In this document: positions 18,975 through 27,852 of the stretch, one piece after another
How the letters are laid out: each line of letters opens with the position of its first letter
Position numbering within the stretch: position 1 is the first letter of the stretch
Made by a program: the position numbers and the translations under genes
Virus record (IMG/VR): IMGVR_UViG_3300045988_054519
Span: 1 to 58,288 of that record
DNA: 58,288 nucleotides
Reading direction: 5' to 3' (one strand)
DNA from: a virus
Notes under the pieces: generated by a model
The model's input: only the letters and a program-made list of their open reading frames with translations
What the model was told of the DNA's origin: nothing
Database searches by the model: none

Positions 18975-19544
18975 TTATTGGATATAATGTGATAAAACGT
19001 CATTGTCTTTAGGTACACTAGAGATAATGCTTTCAGCTATTTTTTCAGCTTCGGTCTTGTTATCCGTACCGCCTTTATTACTGCCGCCGCCCGGAATATC
19101 CTGATGTTTTGCGATTTCTTGCTCTTTCGCTTGCGCTGCGGCCGTTTCTTTTTCGGACATAATCTTGCCAAGTTCGGCTGTATCAAAGCTGCCGTCTTCT
19201 TTCACAATCAACTTCGCCTGCTCTGTTGTGATTTTAAAATCAGTCATAGCCTTTTCGCGCAAGTCTCTAATAGCATTAGACTTCTGTAAGTCTGCTATTT
19301 GCTTATTGGCCGTCTCTAAGGCTTTATTTGCTTTATCAAGTTCGGTCATATTACCGGCTTGTATTTCATCAAGCTGTTTTTGTAAGTTGTCTGCCGTGTC
19401 AGCTTTAGCTTTGTACTGGTTTGCCTTATCTTTCTCCTTTTGGGTTTCGCCGTTGACCTGATTAAGATAATTACTTATCTGCTCGTCTGTCGGTTCTGCT
19501 ACTCCGATAGTAATAAGGTTCTGTTTTGCCTGTTCTCTTGTCAT
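18975..19544 (-). CDS. Scaffolding protein
   Basis: 189 aa, highly charged coiled coil (KEKDKANQYKAKADTADNLQKQLDEIQ). Located between the portal and capsid genes. Confidence 0.75.
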   Translation of the reverse strand: MTREQAKQNLITIGVAEPTDEQISNYLNQVNGETQKEKDKANQYKAKADTADNLQKQLDEIQAGNMTELDKANKALETANKQIADLQKSNAIRDLREKAMTDFKITTEQAKLIVKEDGSFDTAELGKIMSEKETAAAQAKEQEIAKHQDIPGGGSNKGGTDNKTEAEKIAESIISSVPKDNDVLSHYIQ

Positions 19545-19649
19545 AAATTACCTCCGTGTCACTACGCTTATTAACGTGGGTTGCTCCACATGTGATTTCT
19601 GTTGTTTTACGCACAACTGCAAAATTTATAAAATAAAAACAGTTACCGA

Positions 19650-21086
19650 TTATTTCTCGGTAGCTGTTTTATTCTGCTGTTTGTTTAATTGTGTAACTAT
19701 CTCTTGTGCCTTTTTCTCTTGTTCTTCTGCGTCTTTAATAGTTTTGTAAAGGTTGTCAAGATAAGGTTTAGATAATACATATGTTTTCTCCGCATCGCCC
19801 CAAAGGCCAACTGTTTTAATTGCCACAAGCGGATGTATTCCGGCTTGTAATAGCACAACCAATGTTTGTGCTTTAGTGTACATATTGTCTTGCGGACTGT
19901 GATTTATTTGAACATCAAAATCTGTAACCGATAGTTTTAAATCGATCCCTGCAAGTCGCAAAATATTAAGAGCGACGGTGGCAAGTCTTTTCTCAGATGT
20001 TTTAACAAGCGGGTCTTTCAGTTTTGCTCTTGTCTTTGAAAAATCCCATCCATTTCTTAATTCTACTGCTCCTTGTGTATCTCCACCTGTATTTCCTTGC
20101 TTGTTTGGTATTGCTAATATCGACAATGTATTATTCCATAAATCGTCTTTAGCAACCTGACATTGGCTTTGATTAAGTTCTTGTGTCATTATGTCGACAT
20201 CGGACTTGTTATCTTTATTAATTGATTTAACAACCAATGCGTGACTTTCTTTCATCTTCTTAAAGTTTTCTTCATCAATTTCGCAATTAACGAATTTAAC
20301 CCAATATTGCACAAACTGTTCCACGCCGTCCATTCTGTTTGATTGCATATTATTAATTGCGTCAAGCATTCCCGAAACAAGCTCAATATCAGATATTCTT
20401 TCGTGATTGTTCGGGAACTCAACAATAGGAACCTCGCCGTATGTGTGTAGTTTAGTGCTAATAACCTTGCTATCGGCAACAGTAAAGGACATTGTGTCCG
20501 AGAAAGCCATTTTATACCGTTTTCCGTCTGCATCTTTAAGTTCCTGCACCGCAAGTATTGGTTCCTCGGTGCTTTCGTTATAGATAACATAGGTATTCAT
20601 AGGAGTAGGTGCTACAATTCTAATCGGTATTTTCCCTGCTTTAGGTTGAGCAGCTTTAAACGATGTTCCTGTGGCGGATTGCCATTCTCCGGCTTTTATG
20701 TCTTTTTCTTGTTTGTTAGCATCTGTCATAAAATCATTAAGAATATCAACTGCTTTATTGATATTTTCATCATTTTTGCGGCTTATAAACTGAACCGGTT
20801 CGCCGTAGGTTTGACCTACCTTAAATTGAACAATCTCATATGCGTGATTTTCTACAATTTTATTTGTTATATCCGCATTTGTCAGCTTTTGCCTGTACAG
20901 CACCGGCTGATCGCCTTTATAGTAATCCCACAGATATTTTATAATCGTTCTATTCCAATTAAAAATTCCAATAGTGCTTCCGATTACTTTAACGACATTA
21001 TCCGGTGTTATCTTGTCTATGTTAGTATATGCAATTTTTCTACCATAGCAGCCTTTAACAAGGTCTTGTAAATACATTGTGTTCAT
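19650..21086 (-). CDS. Portal protein (SPP1 gp6-like)
   Basis: 478 aa downstream of terL. Size and position are typical of portal proteins. Confidence 0.8.
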   Translation of the reverse strand: MNTMYLQDLVKGCYGRKIAYTNIDKITPDNVVKVIGSTIGIFNWNRTIIKYLWDYYKGDQPVLYRQKLTNADITNKIVENHAYEIVQFKVGQTYGEPVQFISRKNDENINKAVDILNDFMTDANKQEKDIKAGEWQSATGTSFKAAQPKAGKIPIRIVAPTPMNTYVIYNESTEEPILAVQELKDADGKRYKMAFSDTMSFTVADSKVISTKLHTYGEVPIVEFPNNHERISDIELVSGMLDAINNMQSNRMDGVEQFVQYWVKFVNCEIDEENFKKMKESHALVVKSINKDNKSDVDIMTQELNQSQCQVAKDDLWNNTLSILAIPNKQGNTGGDTQGAVELRNGWDFSKTRAKLKDPLVKTSEKRLATVALNILRLAGIDLKLSVTDFDVQINHSPQDNMYTKAQTLVVLLQAGIHPLVAIKTVGLWGDAEKTYVLSKPYLDNLYKTIKDAEEQEKKAQEIVTQLNKQQNKTATEK

Positions 21087-21095
21087 ATTTGACCT

Positions 21096-21287
21096 CTAAC
21101 AAAAAGTAACTCCCGAACTCGTTCTGCGTTCTGGGAGCGGTTTTAATAATGTCTTATCGTGTTCTATGTCATATATGACAAGTTTCTTACATTTTTTGCA
21201 CTTGGCGAATGGATTTATAGTAGATTTACCATCATATGTGGCAACTTTGCGCCCACACCGAGGGCAATATATTGTTTTACTTTCCAT
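21096..21287 (-). CDS. Small zinc-ribbon protein
   Basis: CPRCG...CKKCKK, two CxxC pairs in 63 aa. Confidence 0.55.
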   Translation of the reverse strand: MESKTIYCPRCGRKVATYDGKSTINPFAKCKKCKKLVIYDIEHDKTLLKPLPERRTSSGVTFC

Positions 21288-21425
21288 AATTTTCCTTTTT
21301 CAATTCAAAAGAGCACCGCGCAACCGCACGATGCTCAACCTGGGGATATGGGGACTTATGTGTGTTAAGGAGAAACACATATTTACCACTGTAATATTAA
21401 CACGCCGCCATTATGACATTCCATG

Positions 21426-21854
21426 TCATCTTTCAAGATATTCTCTGCCATATTGATTTTCAAATTGTTTAAGTGCCTTTCCGTGAAGTCTTATTATCTG
21501 TCTCCACGAATATTCAAGTTCCGTAGCAATCTTTTCAAATGTCTTCCGTTCAATATATCTTGCAAACAATATATTATACAGCATTTCATCTTCTATGCCG
21601 TCTATTTGACCTATAATGTGGTTTTTCTTGTCTACATAAGTATCTATCAGCTTATCAAGCTTTCGTTCCATTTCGTCGATTTTGGCGTATGCTGTGCCTA
21701 TTTTGTCGTAGTTCGGTGTCGCTTGAACTCGTTCTCCGGTTTGTATTGCTGATATACTACAAGCCAATTCCTTAAGCTGCGCGATTTCCACAAGCTTGTT
21801 GTTAATCATTCGATTAAGCCTGCCTACTTGATTGAGATAGTCTTTGGTCGTCAT
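21426..21854 (-). CDS. Sigma-70 region-4-like / DUF1492-like phage transcriptional regulator
   Basis: C-terminal LFARYIERKTFEKIATELEYSWRQIIRLHGKALKQF resembles a sigma region-4 HTH. Confidence 0.45.
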   Translation of the reverse strand: MTTKDYLNQVGRLNRMINNKLVEIAQLKELACSISAIQTGERVQATPNYDKIGTAYAKIDEMERKLDKLIDTYVDKKNHIIGQIDGIEDEMLYNILFARYIERKTFEKIATELEYSWRQIIRLHGKALKQFENQYGREYLER

Positions 21855-23600
21855 TCAATACCTCCTAAATGGGTTTAACATAGCTTCAGCTTTTGCAACA
21901 GTGCCGCCTCGCATTTCGTTTTCAAAAAGTGATATGCTGTCCGGTGCATCGTCATGTGGTACTTTTCCGCTTCGTGTCATCTTAGTAAGTTCATCCATAA
22001 ACTTATAATATTGGCTTTGTCTATCCATCTTTTTAAAATCTCTAAAATAATAATCACGAATAATATTATCTCTTGCATTTTCCATTCTTGTAATTTTATT
22101 AGTGCAGTTAAACTTAAATCTTGCACTGCATCGGCCGCCTTTTTGCTTTACAAGTTCCATAACATCGCGGCCAAAATATTCTCCGGCGCTGTTGCTTTCA
22201 AATGTAACCGTTTTAACATTGTGTTTGACAAGCATATTGGCGCATTCAGGTTTGGTAAATTGTGTTCCGGCATTATCAAATACAACATCCACAATGTACA
22301 CTTCATTTCCGTACACATACCCAATAGGCATAGCACAACTATCTTCTCCCTTGTCTGCACTATCACAAGCTGCCATAATTGCATCAGGTTCTCTATCGAC
22401 CGGAAGTTCCTCAAAGTAATTAAGCTCGCTTTGAGCGAACATACGGCCTTTGGCTTCGTAAGGCTCCTGCTGAAATTCTGCGGCCCATGTTTCCGGTGAA
22501 ACAAGTTTGCGTTCTTTTCGGTAGTAATCTGTAGTAAAAATTTTTCGCAATCCTTTTTTGTCTTTACGGCATATTTCCCAATTGCTTTCATCTGTAATTG
22601 GGTCTAACGCCGGAATTGCTACTTCTTTCCATCTCCACCCTAATTCATCGGCCTTGTTCTGTAGTGCTGTAATAGGATCATACAAGCTGTATTTTGTGCC
22701 CTGAATAATAATAGGCGTGCCCTCTAATCTACGCCCCAAAACATCGTCTGTAACTTTTTCGCACAAAAACTCTAATCTATCTCGATTCCTTGCTTCTTCG
22801 TGGTTTTTAACGCAGTCATCAATATAAACAAGCACGTTTGCTTCTGTGCATCCTACAATGGCTCCATCAATAGGTCGGCAAGTAAACGTAGGAAAAATGT
22901 TTTTGCTCTTAAGGTCAATGGAAAGGTTTTCAGCACTTTTGTAATTATCACCTATTTTTACAGCATCAGGAAAAACGCTCAAAAATCGTTTATATGTGTT
23001 TTCGTTCTCAAAGTCTTGCAGCAACCCGCCGTAAAACCTTTTAACAAGTCCTTCGCCTTTTCCTACGCCAAATATACTTCCGTCCGGGTCTCTGCCACCC
23101 ATCATTTGTGCAAGTTTTAGTCCACCAGTGGTCTTACCAGTACGTTTCGGTTGTGAAACTGATAAAAAATCCAATTTTCCATCGTAAATTTCCTGATATG
23201 CTCCTACTACCGGCTTTAAAACCTGTCTTCTCGGAAAATAGAACCTCTTCCATGGGTCTTTTTCGTCAATTTCAATGTAGTAAAAAAAGCTGTCAACTAA
23301 ATACGCCGCTTCATACATTAAGACATCGTAAAACTGATCCAATATTCTGTAGGAAGTATTATTATCTCCGGCATAAACCTCTAAATCCGCGACACGGCCT
23401 CCGGTATTTTCTTTAACAAATTGTGCAATTATTTGCTTTGTTTTTGCAGATACTTTAAGACCATACTCAACATCATTTTCTGTTCTTACAGCCACAGCCA
23501 CAGCTTGTATGTATGCGTCAATGACCTGTTCGTCTATTCCGTTTCGCTCTATGTAGTTTTCATATCCGTTTACTGTGGAAATAAGGCTCTGACTAGCCAT
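21855..23600 (-). CDS. terL: Terminase large subunit
   Basis: Walker A SQPKRTGKTTGG and a C-terminal nuclease-like region. ATG 23600 follows GGAGGTG. Confidence 0.9.
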   Translation of the reverse strand: MASQSLISTVNGYENYIERNGIDEQVIDAYIQAVAVAVRTENDVEYGLKVSAKTKQIIAQFVKENTGGRVADLEVYAGDNNTSYRILDQFYDVLMYEAAYLVDSFFYYIEIDEKDPWKRFYFPRRQVLKPVVGAYQEIYDGKLDFLSVSQPKRTGKTTGGLKLAQMMGGRDPDGSIFGVGKGEGLVKRFYGGLLQDFENENTYKRFLSVFPDAVKIGDNYKSAENLSIDLKSKNIFPTFTCRPIDGAIVGCTEANVLVYIDDCVKNHEEARNRDRLEFLCEKVTDDVLGRRLEGTPIIIQGTKYSLYDPITALQNKADELGWRWKEVAIPALDPITDESNWEICRKDKKGLRKIFTTDYYRKERKLVSPETWAAEFQQEPYEAKGRMFAQSELNYFEELPVDREPDAIMAACDSADKGEDSCAMPIGYVYGNEVYIVDVVFDNAGTQFTKPECANMLVKHNVKTVTFESNSAGEYFGRDVMELVKQKGGRCSARFKFNCTNKITRMENARDNIIRDYYFRDFKKMDRQSQYYKFMDELTKMTRSGKVPHDDAPDSISLFENEMRGGTVAKAEAMLNPFRRY

Positions 23601-23703
23601 AAAGAAAAGCACCTCCGCTTTTGCAGAGATGCTTATAGACCTCTCTGCCTATAATTTTTCTAGGGTAGCGCCGCAAACCTCTTATGCGGCGGTAATATAT
23701 TAT

Positions 23704-24087
23704 TTATTTAATATCAATATCTGGTATTAATCTTTCAGGGTAAAACACCAATTCATAATGGTACTTATCTGTCCCAACCGGTTCTGTTTGCTCCATAACA
23801 TAACACGTCCAATCGTTAAGATATATATAATCTTTACAATATGTGTTCTCACCTGTTTTGATAGTAACTACAAGCTCATTACTACTGTTGTTGCTAAGAC
23901 TCATATATCCCTCTGCCTGCAACATAATTGTATCTGTCCTTGCATTTGTAACTGTAATTTTTCGATAGAGATTGAACTCATCTCCATCTTTTGACAGATT
24001 GTGATTCACGACATCTGCGGTTCTACAGCCAACCATTCCAAGCGCAATGCAGATTGTCATTCCTAATGCTAAAAGTTTCTTTTTCAT
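23704..24087 (-). CDS. Lipoprotein
   Basis: MKKKLLALGMTICIALGMVGC signal peptide with lipobox. ATG 24087 follows GGAAAGGAAG. Confidence 0.65.
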   Translation of the reverse strand: MKKKLLALGMTICIALGMVGCRTADVVNHNLSKDGDEFNLYRKITVTNARTDTIMLQAEGYMSLSNNSSNELVVTIKTGENTYCKDYIYLNDWTCYVMEQTEPVGTDKYHYELVFYPERLIPDIDIK

Positions 24088-24122
24088 GATTTCTTCCTTT
24101 CCGCTGATAATCAGCAATTAAA

Positions 24123-24419
24123 TTATTTCTCCACAATTCCGTCAATTATTGCTCTCTCAAGGAGTTCTTCGATACTTCTCCCTCTTCCGCAAATCAGCAT
24201 TTTATTATGCAATTCAATAAACTGTTGCTTTGTCAAGGGTTTCCAATTTGGGTTATCCCTTTTGCATTTAAAAGTATTCGTGCCGAGACCACATACATAT
24301 CTTTCGTTCCCATTTGCGTCAATGTAAGGTCCGACACACAAATCGCAACTCTTTATATCCTCGCAAGGCTTTAATTCGCCACTATATCCGCAACATAGCA
24401 TTGTGTTTTGATATTCCAT
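24123..24419 (-). CDS. Cys-rich hypothetical protein
   Basis: ATG 24419 follows AGGAG. Contains 9 Cys. Shares an N.WKP.T.Q block with 24863..25036. Confidence 0.5.
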   Translation of the reverse strand: MEYQNTMLCCGYSGELKPCEDIKSCDLCVGPYIDANGNERYVCGLGTNTFKCKRDNPNWKPLTKQQFIELHNKMLICGRGRSIEELLERAIIDGIVEK

Positions 24420-24432
24420 AATTTCTCGGCTC

Positions 24433-24684
24433 CTACATTTTCGGAAAATAATAATTATGCCACCCTTTTTCAATCTTCCTTTTATGGCACCATTCTAAAT
24501 AACATTGTTTTTTGTCTTTACACGACATATTCTTGCTAAACTCGTCCCAGGCAATCTGATTTTGTTTCAGTCTTTTATTTGTAATAGCACTGTCAACAAT
24601 GTAGTACACGGTCAGAATTAATATCAAAAAGATTGTTGTCACGGCTGCTGTCACAATGAGTATCCACATGATTTCATCTCTCAC
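24433..24684 (-). CDS. Small TM protein, paralog of 25047..25289
   Basis: N-terminal TM helix, then KRLKQNQIAWDEFS...GWHNYYFPKM, versus QRLKINQKAWDECS...GWHNYYFPRF in the paralog. Confidence 0.6.
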   Translation of the reverse strand: MRDEIMWILIVTAAVTTIFLILILTVYYIVDSAITNKRLKQNQIAWDEFSKNMSCKDKKQCYLEWCHKRKIEKGWHNYYFPKM

Positions 24685-24859
24685 TTTTCTTATTCTCTAA
24701 AATATTTCTTATTTTTCTACACTTGATTGCATTAACATCCTTGCATAAGACTGTTGGGATTGAAAAACCCGGCGGATTGCAAACTTTTTGCTTTTCTCCG
24801 CTTACCAATATGTCTTCTCTGTAGCAAGCGCATTTTTTACACGGTTTGAATATGCTCAT
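24674..24859 (-). CDS. Cys-rich hypothetical protein
   Basis: 61 aa. CKKCAC..C..C..C. Confidence 0.45.
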   Translation of the reverse strand: MSIFKPCKKCACYREDILVSGEKQKVCNPPGFSIPTVLCKDVNAIKCRKIRNILENKKSER

Positions 24860-24862
24860 TTT

Positions 24863-25036
24863 TTACTCCTTAAAGTAATTTTCCAACGGCTCTTGTTTGT
24901 ATGTTGGTTTCCATTCCGGTTCATAACAATTTGTGCTATGAACATATTTCGCAATACCCAAAAGCCGCACAATAAAGTGTTTAGGGCATTTTCTTCTTTT
25001 AACACAAGTAGTACATAACCAAGGTTTACTCATCAT
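24863..25036 (-). CDS. Cys-rich hypothetical protein
   Basis: ATG 25036 follows AGGAG. MMSKPWLCTTCVKRRKCPKH. Confidence 0.45.
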   Translation of the reverse strand: MMSKPWLCTTCVKRRKCPKHFIVRLLGIAKYVHSTNCYEPEWKPTYKQEPLENYFKE

Positions 25037-25046
25037 TACTCGCTCC

Positions 25047-25289
25047 TTAAAATCTTGGAAAATAATAATTATGCCATCCGTTTTTCGCCTTTTGTTCTGT
25101 ACACCAAGACAAATACACATCATGCTTTCTATCAAAATCCATATTTGCACTGCATTCGTCCCAGGCCTTTTGATTTATTTTGAGCCTTTGTCTTGTTATG
25201 ATATAGTCAATTAGAAAATATACCCCCAAGAACAAAAATACGATTCCTGCCATCGCAAACATTGCTATTGCTATTATTTTCATTTTCAA
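25047..25289 (-). CDS. Small TM protein, paralog of 24433..24684
   Basis: Architecture and the C-terminal GWHNYYFP motif are shared with the paralog. Confidence 0.6.
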   Translation of the reverse strand: MKMKIIAIAMFAMAGIVFLFLGVYFLIDYIITRQRLKINQKAWDECSANMDFDRKHDVYLSWCTEQKAKNGWHNYYFPRF

Positions 25290-25294
25290 CGCTC

Positions 25295-25513
25295 CTATTC
25301 CGTCAACAACTTATGCAGTTCCAATGCTTCATCATCTTTAATAAGTTTTCTGATATAGGCTTTTCCGCTATGGTTCTCAAATACCATTGCTATTGGTCGG
25401 TCTCCTGTTTCCAAACCTAAATCAAACGCAACTGCAATTACTTCTTCACCTGTTTTTTCAACTCTAGCTTTTGGAATTATCATATTTTCAGGCATTTTAA
25501 ATATTTTACTCAT
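25295..25513 (-). CDS. Hypothetical protein
   Basis: 72-aa ORF whose start overlaps the upstream stop. Confidence 0.5.
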   Translation of the reverse strand: MSKIFKMPENMIIPKARVEKTGEEVIAVAFDLGLETGDRPIAMVFENHSGKAYIRKLIKDDEALELHKLLTE

Positions 25514-25712
25514 TCCTCATAAACCTCCTTGTTTCTTCAATTATTTTAGACTCCATAGTGCGAGTCATTTCACTGCGGCTTTGTGGCAGTCTGCCAAACT
25601 TTTCCAAAGCATATTTTTCTACCGCTTCTTTTGAAATATCTATGCCGAAATTTACCATTGCTTCTTTAGATGGCGGTTGATAATCATATAAAGGATTGTC
25701 AATGTTATTCAT
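25506..25712 (-). CDS. Hypothetical protein (C-terminus RFMRNE)
   Basis: 68 aa. Shares the 18-nt 3' junction with 25705..25947. Confidence 0.5.
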   Translation of the reverse strand: MNNIDNPLYDYQPPSKEAMVNFGIDISKEAVEKYALEKFGRLPQSRSEMTRTMESKIIEETRRFMRNE

Positions 25713-25947
25713 TCCTCATAAACCTCTCAAACATCTCTGGCATCTCTGAAAGTAAGTCAAATAGTTCGTCGGGTGTATTGATATTTCTCGAACCGGTATG
25801 TAACACTTCTAGATTGCCTTTATATATGACCATTGATGATTTGCCATACAAACAGCCATAATATTCGTTATCGTGTTCAACCATTATTTGATTATTGCAA
25901 ATCTCGTATTTCACGCCCTTGTCGGTTATGTAACATCCGTTTTTCAT
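25705..25947 (-). CDS. Hypothetical protein (C-terminus RFMRNE)
   Basis: 80 aa. Shares the 18-nt 3' junction with 25506..25712. Confidence 0.5.
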   Translation of the reverse strand: MKNGCYITDKGVKYEICNNQIMVEHDNEYYGCLYGKSSMVIYKGNLEVLHTGSRNINTPDELFDLLSEMPEMFERFMRNE

Positions 25948-25959
25948 TCTTACACCGCC

Positions 25960-26220
25960 TTAATATCCGCCGTCAAATTCTAACAGCCATTCTTTCAACT
26001 TCACATGCGCCCTAGCAAAGCAAAGTTCCATATCGCCATCGCTTTCATCGACAATTACTACATCTTCGCCGTCATGCCTAGCTTCAGGATAATCATCAGC
26101 GCAACCTTTTTTATAAATCAAAATATTCCAATCACATATCTTGCTGTAAGTGATTTCAAGGTGCATAGGGAAGTCTTTTGCTTTATCGTCAAAGAATTTT
26201 AAAAAGTCGTTCATTCTCAC
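25960..26220 (-). CDS. Hypothetical acidic protein
   Basis: 86-aa ORF in the tightly packed array. Confidence 0.5.
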   Translation of the reverse strand: MRMNDFLKFFDDKAKDFPMHLEITYSKICDWNILIYKKGCADDYPEARHDGEDVVIVDESDGDMELCFARAHVKLKEWLLEFDGGY

Positions 26221-26229
26221 ACCAACTCT

Positions 26230-26439
26230 CTATATTTCTGATATATCCTTTATTTCTCCATTTGAAAGTCTTACCTTAACTTCGTCTGCTAGTAATGTTA
26301 TTTTAATTTCTTTTGCCGCGTCTTTTTGGTAAATATTGGATATGCCATCAATACTTATTACTCCTTTTAAAAATTCGCCATCAAGAAATAATCTAACAAT
26401 TCCGCTTGAATGGTCAAGTAACGCCACTTTAGCCATCAT
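26230..26439 (-). CDS. Hypothetical protein
   Basis: ATG 26439 follows GGTGG and overlaps the upstream stop. Confidence 0.45.
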   Translation of the reverse strand: MMAKVALLDHSSGIVRLFLDGEFLKGVISIDGISNIYQKDAAKEIKITLLADEVKVRLSNGEIKDISEI

Positions 26440-26699
26440 TCCACCAACTTCCTGCCACAAATAGGGCAATAATGGATTTTTATATATCCTCTTGCATATT
26501 CCCAACTTGAATTATCAAAATACAGTCGGTTTTCTTTATCTTCGTCAATCACTAATATTATTCCATTGACTTCGTTGAGTTCATAATCTTTTGAGCAAAA
26601 AATACTTTTTGTTCTTTCTGTATGTTTTTTCCCTTTTTCATACCCATCTACAATTTTAAAGTTTGTTTCTTCGCAAAATTTACACATATTACACCCCAT
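26436..26699 (-). CDS. Zinc-ribbon-like hypothetical protein
   Basis: CNMCKFC near the N-terminus and CPICG near the C-terminus. Confidence 0.5.
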   Translation of the reverse strand: MGCNMCKFCEETNFKIVDGYEKGKKHTERTKSIFCSKDYELNEVNGIILVIDEDKENRLYFDNSSWEYARGYIKIHYCPICGRKLVE

Positions 26700-27159
26700 A
26701 TTTCTTGAAATAGTCCGCTATATTTTTAGGTATCTCAACACCTCGTTCTTTTGCTTTTTTTACATTTTCTATTTCCGCATCTGCAGGCATATTAGCAAGT
26801 CGAAACCATTGGTCTATATCAATTTGCATATGCTCTAATTTATTATTAAGGCCCGTAGAGTCATAAGCCCTTTTAATACATTTATCTTGCGGATAAACAA
26901 TATGTTTTTTCACATCTCCACAGGTTGTACAATCTAACCCAGAACTATATTTTGCACATTTTTCTTTGTATTCGCATATATCGCATTCAGTGTCTCTCTC
27001 TTTATATTTTCGCGGCTTGTATTTCTTAAAATCCTTGCATTCACAATCAAACGATGTGTCGTTTCCTTTTTGACAACTGTAAACCGGATATTCTTCTCCT
27101 ATTTCTTCGTCAAAAATAAAATCTTCATCACAATATTTGCAAATTGAGCAATCTTTCAT
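26689..27159 (-). CDS. Cys-rich hypothetical protein
   Basis: ATG 27159 follows GAGGTG. About 16 Cys, including CSICKYC, CECKDF, CDICEYKEKC and CTTCG. Confidence 0.55.
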   Translation of the reverse strand: MKDCSICKYCDEDFIFDEEIGEEYPVYSCQKGNDTSFDCECKDFKKYKPRKYKERDTECDICEYKEKCAKYSSGLDCTTCGDVKKHIVYPQDKCIKRAYDSTGLNNKLEHMQIDIDQWFRLANMPADAEIENVKKAKERGVEIPKNIADYFKKYGV

Positions 27160-27167
27160 ATCGCACC

Positions 27168-27404
27168 TCAAATCCTTGTAAAAACGTCTAAATCATAATT
27201 ATCTCGGATATAATCAACAACATCAGACAGCTTTTCTTTCACATACTCGTCATTCACAATATCAGGATGACAATAAAATGTGCAGCTGTCCTTTTTGCCC
27301 TCCGCTTTATATTTCCGGTAATCAAATGTCATTGTAAAAAGCGGTATTCGGGTTAAATTCTTTGTCTTCCTGCGAATATACCAATTTGCCAATCTTTTGA
27401 ACAT
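27168..27404 (-). CDS. Hypothetical protein
   Basis: ATG 27404 follows AAAGGAGG. First ORF after the RNA locus. Confidence 0.55.
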   Translation of the reverse strand: MFKRLANWYIRRKTKNLTRIPLFTMTFDYRKYKAEGKKDSCTFYCHPDIVNDEYVKEKLSDVVDYIRDNYDLDVFTRI

Positions 27405-27420
27405 ATAACTGCCTCCTTTA

Positions 27421-27455
27421 GCGCAGTGGGTATTCTCCCGACTGAACTACTGTCC
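27421..27455 (-). pseudogene. tRNA 5'-half fragment (acceptor strand, D-arm and start of the anticodon stem only)
   Basis: Minus strand reads GGACAGT A GTTC AGTCGGGA GAAT A CCCAC.., then runs straight into the RBS of ORF 27404. No matching 3' half was found. Confidence 0.5.
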
Positions 27456-27584
27456 GTTGTACAGTTTCTTGCGTGACCAATTCCAACTCTTTTCATATTC
27501 GAGTTAAAACTAGCCACACAAGCATTTTAATTATTCAGCAGGGACTACTGTAACGCCTGCTTATTCGGGAGCTACCCGACCGCT

Positions 27585-27695
27585 TGATGTGGTGAGGATT
27601 TGAACCTCCACATGACACTTAAGACGAGTGATCTAAGTTGCAGATTTCAACTCATAAATCTACTGCAATACTGGCTACCCATTTCAGCACACATC
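27585..27695 (-). ncRNA. 111-nt tRNA-like element with a long variable arm and an over-long anticodon arm
   Basis: Acceptor GATGTG/CACATC (6 bp), T-loop GAGG-TTCAAAT-CCTC, D-loop with GG, variable-arm hairpin CTTAGA..TCTTAAG, and a 10-12-bp arm TTGC..AGATTT / AAATCT..GCAA with 8-nt loop ATGAGTTG. Confidence 0.45.
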
Positions 27696-27769
27696 AACTC
27701 ACACATAGATGGTTTTGGGATAATACAGACAACCAACAACTATATTCCCATTTCGTTTATATGTGAAAG

Positions 27770-27852
27770 CGCAGATGCAAGGAGTCGAACCTTGACGGCA
27801 TTTCTGCCGGATAGCTTAGCAAGCTACTGTGATACCATTACACCACATCTGC
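27770..27852 (-). tRNA. tRNA-Ser(GCU): tRNA-Ser (anticodon GCU), type II
   Basis: Hand fold: GCAGATG/CATCTGC acceptor, 3-bp D stem, GTAGC-TTGCTAA-GCTAT anticodon arm, variable arm CGGCA-GAAA-TGCCG, CAAGG-TTCGACT-CCTTG T arm. No encoded CCA. Confidence 0.85.
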
